Of a DNA stretch of 64,000 nucleotides, positions 1-9,900 are shown piece after piece. The notes below the pieces were generated by a model. The model was not told where the DNA came from. It did no database searches and worked only from the letters and a program-made list of their open reading frames with translations. The stretch lies in assembly GCA_963766075.1 (NCBI GenBank), contig CAVYAN010000010.1, positions 32,001-96,000 on the forward strand, read 5' to 3'. Position 1 is the stretch's first letter. Each line of letters begins with the position of its first letter. Origin of the DNA: an uncultured cyanobacterium (GTDB lineage: Bacteria; Cyanobacteriota; Cyanobacteriia; Leptolyngbyales; Leptolyngbyaceae). A program made the position numbers and the translations under genes.

Positions 1-3000
1 TGCGTCAGCAGTTCCAGCAAGAATTATCGCTGCGCTCGTTGTTTGAAGCACCCACAATCGCTGCCATTGCCGCCCAACTGGCCGAGGGCACGACCCCAGA
101 ATCAGCCTTAACCCTAGCGATCCCGCTGGTGGACCGAACCCAACCCATCCCTCTATCCTTTGCCCAACAGCGTCTGTGGTTCCTCAGCCAATTGGAAGGG
201 GCCAGCGCTACTTACAACATGCCGATCGCCTTGCGGCTCCAAGGAACCTTGAATTATGCCGCATTAGAGCAGTGTTTTGCCGAGATTGTGGCGCGCCACG
301 AAGTGCTCCGCACCAATTTTGCCCAAACCGATGGCGAAGGTATTCAGGTGATTCAGCCCCACCTGTCCATCCCTATTACGGTGGTTGATTTAACCCAGGA
401 GGCAGAATCATCATCGCCTGCACTGATTGCGCATTATATGCAAGCAGCAGCCCAAACTTGCTTTGACTTAGAGACAGGGGCCTTGCTCCACTTCAAATTG
501 CTCCGCTTGTCTGAGCAGGAACACATCCTGTTGCTGACCATTCACCACATCATCTCGGATGCGTGGTCGCTGGGCTTGTTTGTGCGGGAAATTATGGCGC
601 TGTATCCGGCTTACTGCAGTGGTCAAGTCTCCCCGCTATCACCACTGCCACTGCAATATGCCGACTATGCGGTATGGCAACGCCAACAGCAGCAGGCCGA
701 TGACTTCCAACAACGCCTAGCGGCTCAAGTGCAGCAGTTGATGGATGCACCTTCCCTACTAGAGTTACCCACTGACCATCCGCGTCCCGCCGTCCAAAGT
801 TTCCGGGGTGGACTGGTGCAGATAGAATTGTCCAGCACGCTGAGTGCGAAACTGAATGCCTTCAGTCAGCAACAGCAAAAAACCTTGTTTATGACCTTGC
901 TCGGGGCATTTGTCACCCTGATGCATCGCTACAGTGGCCACACCGATTTGGTCATTGGGACCCCGATCGCCGGACGCTATCACCCCGAGTTGGAATCCTT
1001 GATGGGCTTCTTCATCAACACCTTACCGTTGCGGTTCACCCTCGCTGAGGATGCCACCTACGCCACCTTACTGGAACAAGTACAAGCCAAGGCACTAGAG
1101 GCGTTTGCCCATCAGGATATCCCCTTCGAGAAATTACTAGAACAATTGCCCCTCGAACGGGATCTCAGCTATCTGCCGCTCTGTCAGGTGATGTTCACCC
1201 TGCAAAATGCCCCTATGGAAGTGCTGAAAATTCCGGGACTCACCCTGGAAGCCTTGCCGACCCATAGTGGCGTATCGCGGTTTGACCTGACCCTTTCCAT
1301 GATGGAAGTGGGCGATCGCCTGATCGGCGAATGGGAATATAACAGCGACTTGTTTGAGGCCAGCACCATTACGCGCATGGCGACCCAGTTTGAAGTTCTG
1401 TTAGAAGCCATCTTGGTTAACCCACAACAAGCCCTCGCCACCCTGTCGCTGTTGCCACCGAGTGAACAATACACGCTGTTGACCGAGTGGAATCAAACCC
1501 AGGTCGAGCGACCACAGCAGTGTATTCACCACTGGTTTGAAGCTCAAGTGGAGCTGACCCCAGAGGCAATTGCGATCACTGATCGCGATACTCCACTCAG
1601 CTACCGCACCCTTAACGAACGGGCCAATCAACTGGCTCATTACTTACAGTCCTTGGGCGCACAACCCGATCAGTTAATCGGCATTTGTCTGGAGCGATCG
1701 GTAGAAATGATCGTAGCCATGTTAGCCGTCTTTAAGGCCGGTGCCGCCTACGTGCCCTTGGATCCAACCTATCCGGTCGATCGGTTGACCCATATGGTCA
1801 ATGACTCCCAACTCCAGATGTTAATCGTCACAGCGGAGTTGATGTCTCGGTTCCCGCAGTTGAGTCCCCATGTTCACTGTTTGCACCTTGAGGCGATGGT
1901 ATCGGAACTCCAGTTGCAACCGCAAACCAATCCCACGAGTGCCGTTACTTCGACTCACCTCGCCTACGTAATTTATACGTCTGGTTCCACGGGCTTACCC
2001 AAGGGGGTCATGGTTGAACACAAGGGTTTGGGCAACTTAGCAGCCGCACAAATTCAGGCGTTTAACATAACGCCCCAGAGTTGTATCCTCCAGATGGCTC
2101 CCTTTAGTTTTGATGCCTCTGTGTCGGAGATTCTGATGGCGCTCTGTGCCGGAGCGCGGTTGGTGCTGGGTCACTACGATCAGTTATTGGGACAAGGTGA
2201 AATCCTGCAGCAACAGGGGGTTACCCACCTCACGATGCCGCCCTCTGCCCTCAGCATTCTGAGTTTAGAGGACTTAGCCGCCGTGGAGCATTTAATTGTC
2301 GCGGGCGAAGCCTGTTCGGCGGAATTGGTGGCGCAGTGGTCGCAACGGCCAGGGTTTTACAATGCCTATGGGCCAACGGAAGCAACTGTTTGTGCCACGA
2401 TCGCCAACTGTACCGAGACGCAGGCTAAACCCCCGATTGGTCGTCCCATCCAAAACGTCCAGGTTTACGTCGTCGATCAGCACCTGCAACCTGTTCCTGT
2501 GGGCGTTCCTGGCGAACTTCTGATTGGCGGTGTTGGGTTAGCACGGGGCTATCTACATCGACCCGAGTTGACGGCTGAGCGCTTTATTCCCCATCCCTTC
2601 TCCACGCAAGCCGATGAACGCTTGTATCGCACCGGAGATTTGGTGCGTTATCGCACCGATGGGCAGTTGGACTATCTCGGTCGCATCGATCATCAAGTCA
2701 AACTGCGCGGCTTCCGCATTGAATTGGGCGAAATCGAATCTGTATTGCGCTCCCATGCCGATGTGCAAGATGCTTTTGTCATCGTGCAAACGGCCCAGCC
2801 CGGGAGTCAACTTCTGACGGCCTATATTGTTCCCCATGCCCAAGCCCCAAGCGTTGAAGACTTGCAGCAACTGGTTGTCGATCGCCTGCCCCAGTACATG
2901 GTACCCGCTGCCTTTATTGTCTTAGCGGCGCTCCCGCTCACGCCCAATGGCAAGGTTGATCGCAAGGCGTTGCCGATTCCTGACACCCATCAGGTCATAC

Positions 3001-3320
3001 GCCAAACTGAGTTCGTCGCCCCCCGTAACGCTACCGAGGAAACCCTGGCGCAGGTCTGGGCCGAATTATTGGGGCTGGAGACCATCGGCGTGATGGACAA
3101 TTTCTTTGAACTTGGGGGGCATTCCTTGTTAGCCCTCCAGGTGATCGCCCGGATTCAGAAACTATTCCAGGTTCAAGTCCAGTTACAGCCGCTGTTTGAG
3201 CAGCCCACGATCGCCCAATTGGCCGATCTGATTTTAACTGAGCAGATGCTTCAGACCGATGACGACATCCTGGCGCAACTACTTGCCGAAGTAGAAGCCC
3301 TTCCCGAGGAAGACGCATAG
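1..3320 (+). CDS. NRPS, C-terminal part (end of PCP, then C-A-PCP); 5' end lies outside the window; A domain probably Tyr-specific
   Basis: Frame open from the window edge (RQQFQQELSLRSLFEAPTIA = PCP tail). C motif HHIISDAWS, A motifs YTSGSTGLPKG and NAYGPTE, PCP LGGHSL. Hand-read specificity code DASTIAAVCK. Confidence 0.95.
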   Translation, partial: RQQFQQELSLRSLFEAPTIAAIAAQLAEGTTPESALTLAIPLVDRTQPIPLSFAQQRLWFLSQLEGASATYNMPIALRLQGTLNYAALEQCFAEIVARHEVLRTNFAQTDGEGIQVIQPHLSIPITVVDLTQEAESSSPALIAHYMQAAAQTCFDLETGALLHFKLLRLSEQEHILLLTIHHIISDAWSLGLFVREIMALYPAYCSGQVSPLSPLPLQYADYAVWQRQQQQADDFQQRLAAQVQQLMDAPSLLELPTDHPRPAVQSFRGGLVQIELSSTLSAKLNAFSQQQQKTLFMTLLGAFVTLMHRYSGHTDLVIGTPIAGRYHPELESLMGFFINTLPLRFTLAEDATYATLLEQVQAKALEAFAHQDIPFEKLLEQLPLERDLSYLPLCQVMFTLQNAPMEVLKIPGLTLEALPTHSGVSRFDLTLSMMEVGDRLIGEWEYNSDLFEASTITRMATQFEVLLEAILVNPQQALATLSLLPPSEQYTLLTEWNQTQVERPQQCIHHWFEAQVELTPEAIAITDRDTPLSYRTLNERANQLAHYLQSLGAQPDQLIGICLERSVEMIVAMLAVFKAGAAYVPLDPTYPVDRLTHMVNDSQLQMLIVTAELMSRFPQLSPHVHCLHLEAMVSELQLQPQTNPTSAVTSTHLAYVIYTSGSTGLPKGVMVEHKGLGNLAAAQIQAFNITPQSCILQMAPFSFDASVSEILMALCAGARLVLGHYDQLLGQGEILQQQGVTHLTMPPSALSILSLEDLAAVEHLIVAGEACSAELVAQWSQRPGFYNAYGPTEATVCATIANCTETQAKPPIGRPIQNVQVYVVDQHLQPVPVGVPGELLIGGVGLARGYLHRPELTAERFIPHPFSTQADERLYRTGDLVRYRTDGQLDYLGRIDHQVKLRGFRIELGEIESVLRSHADVQDAFVIVQTAQPGSQLLTAYIVPHAQAPSVEDLQQLVVDRLPQYMVPAAFIVLAALPLTPNGKVDRKALPIPDTHQVIRQTEFVAPRNATEETLAQVWAELLGLETIGVMDNFFELGGHSLLALQVIARIQKLFQVQVQLQPLFEQPTIAQLADLILTEQMLQTDDDILAQLLAEVEALPEEDA

Positions 3321-3398
3321 CACATTCAGTTTAATTCTCTGTCTTGTTAAATTTTCTGTTTTGCCCATCCAGTTCACCCTATTCTCCCTGTTGAGTTC

Positions 3399-6300
3399 AT
3401 GTCAAACCTTGCCGATCGCCTTGCCACTCTCTCCCCGGCCAAACGTGCCCTGTTACTGCAAAAACTTCAAGCAGAAAATGCCGATCGCGGATCGGCAGCC
3501 TTGACAATTCCAGTCGCCGATCGCACCCAAACTTTGCCCCTGTCTTTTTCCCAACAGCGGTTGTGGTTTCTTAGTCAGTTTGAGGGCAGTCAGTCGGCCT
3601 ATAACATTCCCATCGCCCTAAAATTGACAGGGCACCTGCAAGAATCGGCATTATTGCAAAGTTTAAATCTCCTGGTGGAGCGCCACGAAGTCCTCCGCAC
3701 CCATTTTGCTCTGAAGCAGGGCGAACCCATTCAGATCATTGCCGATCGCTTATCTCTCCCCCTCGAGCGCTTAGACTGGCAAGCACTCACGACCGAGCAA
3801 GTCGAACCGCAGTTGACAGAACTCTTACAACAGGTCGCCCAGCACGCCTTTAATCTTCAACAAGGCCCCCTGTTTCGCATTGTTCTCATTCAGGTCGCCC
3901 CCAGCGTTCATTATTTAGTTGCGGCCTTCCACCATGTCATCACAGATGCCTGGTCGATGAATGTTCTGGTTCAAGAACTCATGGTCCATTACAGCGCCTT
4001 TGCCCAGGGGCAGTCGTCTCCCCTGCCTCCCCTGACGATTCAATATGCAGATTATGCCGTGTGGCAACGGCAGTGGCTAACCGAAGCAACGGCCACTGAA
4101 CAGTTAAGCTACTGGAAAGATCAATTGCGCGGCCTGTCGCCGTTATTGGAATTACCCACCGATCGGCCCCGCCCCCCCATTCAAAGTTTTAACGGTCGCT
4201 CCTTCGTCAAACATCTGGATTCCCACCTCACCCGCGAGTTAAAGGCACTCGCTAACAGCACCGGGGGGACGCTATTTATGGTGCTAGAAGCGGCCTTTGC
4301 ACTGTTGTTGAGTCGCCTCAGTCGCCAAACCGATATTGCCATTGGGACCCCCAGCGCTAACCGCAGCACCTACGATCTCGAACCCCTGATTGGTTTCTTC
4401 ATCAATACCCTGGTGTTGCGTAATGATTTAGACGGCAACCCCACCGTCCGGGAACTTCTGCAACGCACTAAGCAGATGGCTCTGGATGCCTATCGACACC
4501 AAGATATTCCGTTTGAGCATTTAGTCGAGGCCATCCAACCCGCTCGCACCATGAGCCATAGCCCCGTCTTTCAGGTGATGTTTGGTCTCCAAAATACACC
4601 CTCGACCACGTTAGAACTGCCCCAACTGACCTTGACTCCGGTTCCCTTGCCGAGTGAAACTGCTAAGTTTGACTTGACGTTGATCATGAATGAAACGGCT
4701 GATCACCTAGAGGCGACCTGGGAATATAACTGCGACTTATTTGACGCCGCTACCCTCGATCGCTGGGCGGGTCATTTTCAAACGCTGTTGAGCCAGATGG
4801 TGCAACAGCCTGATGCGCCGATTTCAACCCTGGCGCTGCTATCGTCCCCTGAGCACCAACAGATTGTCTATGACTGGAATGCGACTGCGGTTGAGTATAC
4901 CGATACGTTCTTGCTGCACGCTGGCTTTGAGCAACAGGTAGAACAAACGCCCGATGCGATCGCCCTGCTCTACGAAGACCAAACCCTCACCTATGCTGCC
5001 CTCAACGATCGGGCCAACCAGTTTGCCCAGCACCTCCGTCAGCAGGGGGTCACAACGGATGTGCTGGTGGGTGTGTATGTTGAGCGATCGCCGGAAATGA
5101 TCATCGGTGTTCTGGCCATTCTGAAAGCGGGTGGTGCTTACGTCCCCCTCGACCCCACCTATCCCTCTGAGCGAATTGCCGACATGATCGCCGATGCTGA
5201 AATGCCCATTCTACTGACTCAAAGTCACCTAGTTGAGCAGCTTCCGGGGCATCAAGCCCAAGTGATTTGCTTGGACGAACCCGCTACGGTTGCCGCTAAT
5301 TCGACGGCAAATCTCCCGCTATCGCTGTCGCCTGACCAACTGGCCTACGTGATTTATACCTCCGGGTCAACCGGCAAACCCAAGGGTGTGATGATCTCCC
5401 ACCGAGGAGCTGTCAATACTAACTTGGACATTAACCAGCGGTTTGGGATTGGCCCTGGCGATCGGGTGATTGGTCTGGCCTCCTTAAGTTTTGACCTATC
5501 GGTCTACGATATCTTCGGGTTCCTGGCAGCGGGGGGCACGATCGTCATTCCCCACCATCGGGATGTACTCAATCCCTCCGCTTGGATCCAACTGATGCAC
5601 GACCATCAAGTCACCTTTTGGGATACGGCTCCCGCTGTGATGGAAATGCTAATGACCTACGTCAGCAGTCAGGCATTGCGGTTACCCGATTCCTTGCGCG
5701 TGGTGATGATGAGTGGTGATGCGATTTCCGTCACCTTGCCCGATCAAATCCGCCGTCATGCCCAGCCACAAATCCAGGTCTATAGTTTTGGCGGTGCGAC
5801 AGAAGGGTCGATCTGGTCGATTTACTACCCGATCGCCCAGGTCGAGCCTGACTGGACCAGTATTCCCTACGGTAAACCGTTGTCCAATCAGCATTTTCAT
5901 ATTCTGGATGCCCATCTCAACCCGGTGCCCATTGGGGTTGCAGGAGAACTCCACATTGGGGGCACGGGGGTGGCCTTGGGCTACTTTAAGCGCCCTGAAC
6001 TGACGGCCCAACGGTTCATTCCTGACCCCTTTTTCCCAGCGCCCCAGGCCCAGTTGTATAAGACGGGCGATATGGGCCGCTATCTCCCCGATGGCACGAT
6101 CCAGTTTCTTGGGCGGATTGACCATCAGGTCAAAATTCGCGGGTTCCGGATTGAGTTGGGTGAAATTGAAGCGGCGGTGACGCAGCATCCCGGTGTCCGT
6201 GAGGCCGCAATTTTGGTGCGGGAGGATCAACCCGGCAGTAAGGTATTGTGCGCTTACGTGGTGCCCCAACCCCGTGAAACCGTGGAAGTTGCTGCACTGC

Positions 6301-6827
6301 GGCAGGCTTTACGGCAAAAACTCCCCGATTACATGGTGCCAGCCTTCATCCTGTTGCTGGAAGAACTCCCCTTAACCAGTAATGGCAAGGTTGATCGCAA
6401 GGCATTACCCCAACCCGATGCGGGTTCTACGACTGAGCAGGGCGCAATCGCCCTACCCCAAACCCAATTAGAACGGCAAATTGCCCAAATCTGGGCAGAA
6501 CATTTGCAAGTTAATCCCATTGGGTTGCAGGACAACTTTTTTGACCTGGGCGGACATTCCTTACTCATGGTCAAAATCTTCAGCGATTTACAGACAGCCC
6601 TCCAAACCGAGGCAAATGCGGCATTAAACATTGAACTGAGCATTGTTGATTTGTTTCAGTTTCCGACCATTGCCACCCTGGCCAATCATTTACAACATCG
6701 GCAAACTCAAGTCTCGGCCACAGCCCAGGCCCAACAACGAACGGAGGTGCGCACCAGCCAGCAGTCTACCGCCCTGCAACGGCGGGCCTTACGGCAGCAG
6801 TCCCGATCGTTAACTGAAGATGATTAA
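3399..6827 (+). CDS. Single-module NRPS (C-A-PCP) with Cys-like A domain
   Basis: C motif HHVITDAWS, A motifs YTSGSTGKPKG, FDLSVYD and GGATEGSIWS, PCP LGGHSL. N-terminal docking-like helix (LATLSPAKRALL). Confidence 0.95.
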   Translation: MSNLADRLATLSPAKRALLLQKLQAENADRGSAALTIPVADRTQTLPLSFSQQRLWFLSQFEGSQSAYNIPIALKLTGHLQESALLQSLNLLVERHEVLRTHFALKQGEPIQIIADRLSLPLERLDWQALTTEQVEPQLTELLQQVAQHAFNLQQGPLFRIVLIQVAPSVHYLVAAFHHVITDAWSMNVLVQELMVHYSAFAQGQSSPLPPLTIQYADYAVWQRQWLTEATATEQLSYWKDQLRGLSPLLELPTDRPRPPIQSFNGRSFVKHLDSHLTRELKALANSTGGTLFMVLEAAFALLLSRLSRQTDIAIGTPSANRSTYDLEPLIGFFINTLVLRNDLDGNPTVRELLQRTKQMALDAYRHQDIPFEHLVEAIQPARTMSHSPVFQVMFGLQNTPSTTLELPQLTLTPVPLPSETAKFDLTLIMNETADHLEATWEYNCDLFDAATLDRWAGHFQTLLSQMVQQPDAPISTLALLSSPEHQQIVYDWNATAVEYTDTFLLHAGFEQQVEQTPDAIALLYEDQTLTYAALNDRANQFAQHLRQQGVTTDVLVGVYVERSPEMIIGVLAILKAGGAYVPLDPTYPSERIADMIADAEMPILLTQSHLVEQLPGHQAQVICLDEPATVAANSTANLPLSLSPDQLAYVIYTSGSTGKPKGVMISHRGAVNTNLDINQRFGIGPGDRVIGLASLSFDLSVYDIFGFLAAGGTIVIPHHRDVLNPSAWIQLMHDHQVTFWDTAPAVMEMLMTYVSSQALRLPDSLRVVMMSGDAISVTLPDQIRRHAQPQIQVYSFGGATEGSIWSIYYPIAQVEPDWTSIPYGKPLSNQHFHILDAHLNPVPIGVAGELHIGGTGVALGYFKRPELTAQRFIPDPFFPAPQAQLYKTGDMGRYLPDGTIQFLGRIDHQVKIRGFRIELGEIEAAVTQHPGVREAAILVREDQPGSKVLCAYVVPQPRETVEVAALRQALRQKLPDYMVPAFILLLEELPLTSNGKVDRKALPQPDAGSTTEQGAIALPQTQLERQIAQIWAEHLQVNPIGLQDNFFDLGGHSLLMVKIFSDLQTALQTEANAALNIELSIVDLFQFPTIATLANHLQHRQTQVSATAQAQQRTEVRTSQQSTALQRRALRQQSRSLTEDD

Positions 6828-6972
6828 ACACTTCATCGTTTGGGGCTTGACGTTGGCGGGTACGCTGCCTGCTCAGCCCCCAAACCAAATTCCCTCGCTT
6901 CCAGGCAGCGCCTAAAGACCGAAGGAACCGCTTAGTTTTCACCTTTCAGCAGGGCAACGAGGAGTAATCAAA

Positions 6973-9900
6973 ATGGATGGGATTGACCCAGGTATGTCAG
7001 AGACAATTTCAGACCCCTTAACCGAGATTTCTGCCACCAATATCGCCATTATTGGGATGGCAGGGCGGTTTCCGGGTGCCAAAAATGTTGAGGAATACTG
7101 GGATAATCTTCAAGCTGGCCGTGAAGGCATTAAGTTCTTCTCGGATGATGAGTTAAAAGCGGCGGGGGTTCCGGCCTATCAGTTGAAGCAGGCCAATTAC
7201 GTTAAAGCGGGGGGCGTGTTAGACGATGCGGAACTATTTGATGCCAACTTCTTTGGTTTTAGCCCTAAGGAAGCCCAGATCATTGATCCGCAACATCGCC
7301 TATTTTTAGAGCAGGCATGGACCGCTTTAGAACATGCAGGCTATAACTCCAACACCTATCGGGGGGCGATCGGGGTTTATGTCGGCGTGGGGATGAATAC
7401 CTATCTGTTGCGATCGCTCTATCCCCATCTGCTCACTTCGGCTGAGTTGGATAGCTATCAGGTGCAAATCCGCAATGATAAGGATTTTCTGCCCACCTTA
7501 GTATCCTACAAACTCAATCTGCGGGGACCGAGTCTCTCGGTTCAGACGGCCTGTTCAACTTCACTGGTAGCAGTGCATTTAGCCTGTCAAAGTTTGCTCA
7601 ACGGCGAGTGCGACATGGCCTTGAGTGGAGGTGTAACAGTCTTTGTCAACCCCACGGGCTATGTCTACAGTGAAGGGATGATTTTGTCCCCCGATGGCCA
7701 TTGTCGGGCCTTTGATGCTAAGGCCCAGGGCACTGTGGGCGGCAATGGGGTCGGTGTGGTAGTGCTGAAGCGGTTGGCGGATGCGATCGGCGATCGCGAT
7801 ACGATCTACGCCGTGATCAAAGGCTCAGCAGTCAATAATGATGGCACGGCCAAGGTGGGTTATACCGCGCCCAGCATCGAGGGACAAGCGGCTGTAATCA
7901 CCGAGGCCCAGGCGATCGCGGATACGCCTGCGGATACGATCAGCTATGTGGAAACCCACGGAACTGGGACTACGCTTGGCGATCCGATCGAAATCGCCGC
8001 CCTAACTCAAGCCTTTCGCCACACAACGACCAAAAACCAGTTTTGTGCCATTGGTTCCGTTAAAACCAACATTGGTCACTTAGATACTGCGGCTGGCGTC
8101 GCCAGTTTAATTAAAGTTGCCCTCGCCCTAAAACACAAAGCGATTCCACCGAGTCTCCATTTTGAGTCGCCGAACCCAGCCATTAACTTTGTCCACAGCC
8201 CCTTTTTCGTCAACACGCAACTGACCCCTTGGCCCGCCACCGATACCCCACGTCGGGCCGGAGTCAGTTCCTTTGGGATTGGCGGCACCAATGCCCATGC
8301 TATTGTCGAAGAAGCTCCTTCCGAGACGCTTGAACCGGGTGGGGCCAGTCGCCCTTGGCACCTGCTCGTGTTATCGGCTAAGTCAGAAACTGCCCTCACT
8401 CAACAACGCCAAAACCTCGCTGATTATTTGAGCCAACAGCCCACCGTTTGTTTGGCGGATGTTGCCTTTACCCTCGCCCAAGGCCGACAAGAATTTGCCC
8501 ATCGCTGGATGGGGTTGGTGCAAACGTCAGAAGCAGCGATTCAGACCCTGCAAGCTCCCCCGTCTGGTACAACCTTCCAGGTTCAGGCCAATCGCACCTC
8601 GGTGGTGTTTCTGTTTCCAGGACAAGGCGCTCAAGTCATTAACATGGGTCGCGACCTATACAAACATGAACCCGTATTTCGAGAGGCACTAGATACCTGT
8701 GCACAACTGCTCTTGCCCGACTTGCAGGATGATTTGCGGCAATTGCTTTATCCAAAAGCCGATTCCCCGGTTGATATTAACCAAACGCAATGGGCGCAAC
8801 CCCTCTTATTCTCGGTGGAATATGCCCTCGCGCAACTTTGGTTGAGTTGGGGGATCAAGCCAGAAGCGATGATTGGCCATAGTTTAGGAGAATATGTCGC
8901 TGCTTGCTTGGCGGGAGTTTTTAGTCTGGAAGAGGGCCTCTGGTTAGTTGCCCAGCGGGCCAAGTTGATGCAGCATCTGCCTCCAGGAGCAATGTTGGCG
9001 ATTCCGGGCACGGAGGCTGAGATCACTCCCTGGCTGCGGGATGGGGTGGTGCTGGCCGCCACCAATGGCGGCATTTGTACGGTGTCAGGGGAGTTGAGTG
9101 CGATCGCCGACTTAGAGCACCAACTCACCGCCGCTGGACAATCGGTGACACGCTTGCAGACTTCCCATGCGTTCCACAGTCCCTTAGTCGAATCCATGGT
9201 GGCGGATTTTCGCCACCTGCTGCAACAAATTTCTTTCCACGCTCCCCAGCGCACCTACCTGTCCAATGTAACCGGCACCTGGATTACCGCTCCCGAAGCG
9301 ACGGATCCCGAGTATTGGATCCAGCACCTCCGCCAGACTGTACGGTTTGGGGAAGCGGTAGCCCAATTGTTACCTGATCCGAACTGGATCTTTCTTGAGG
9401 TTGGCCCTGGGCGTACCTTGACGGCCTTAGTGCGTCGCCATCCCAACTATACCCAGGCCCAGCCTTTGCTGAATAGCCTCTTGACGACAGCGACGGCCTA
9501 TCTAACGGAGCCTCAGCATGTGCTCCAGACCTTGGGCCAATTGTGGCTCCATGGTGTGACGCCGAAATGGCAACGGTTCTATGCCAACGATAACTGCCAC
9601 CGCATTCCTCTCCCAACCTATCCGTTTGAGGGCCAACGCTACTGGATTGATCCTCCCCAGGGCAGCGCGCTGACCCTGAACTTTGGGCTAGCGCGCAATC
9701 CTGATCCGAGTCGCTGGTTCTACGCCCCCTCGTGGAAACAGCTACCGCCCCTCTCTTTACAACCCTTGGCAACCGATGACTGTTGGTTGCTGTTAATCGA
9801 TCGGATGGGGTTGGGCACTGCCCTAGCGGAATCCCTCAAAGCGGCGGGTCAGCGGGTCGTGACGGTGGCCTACGGCGATCGCAAATTTTGGCAATCCGCC

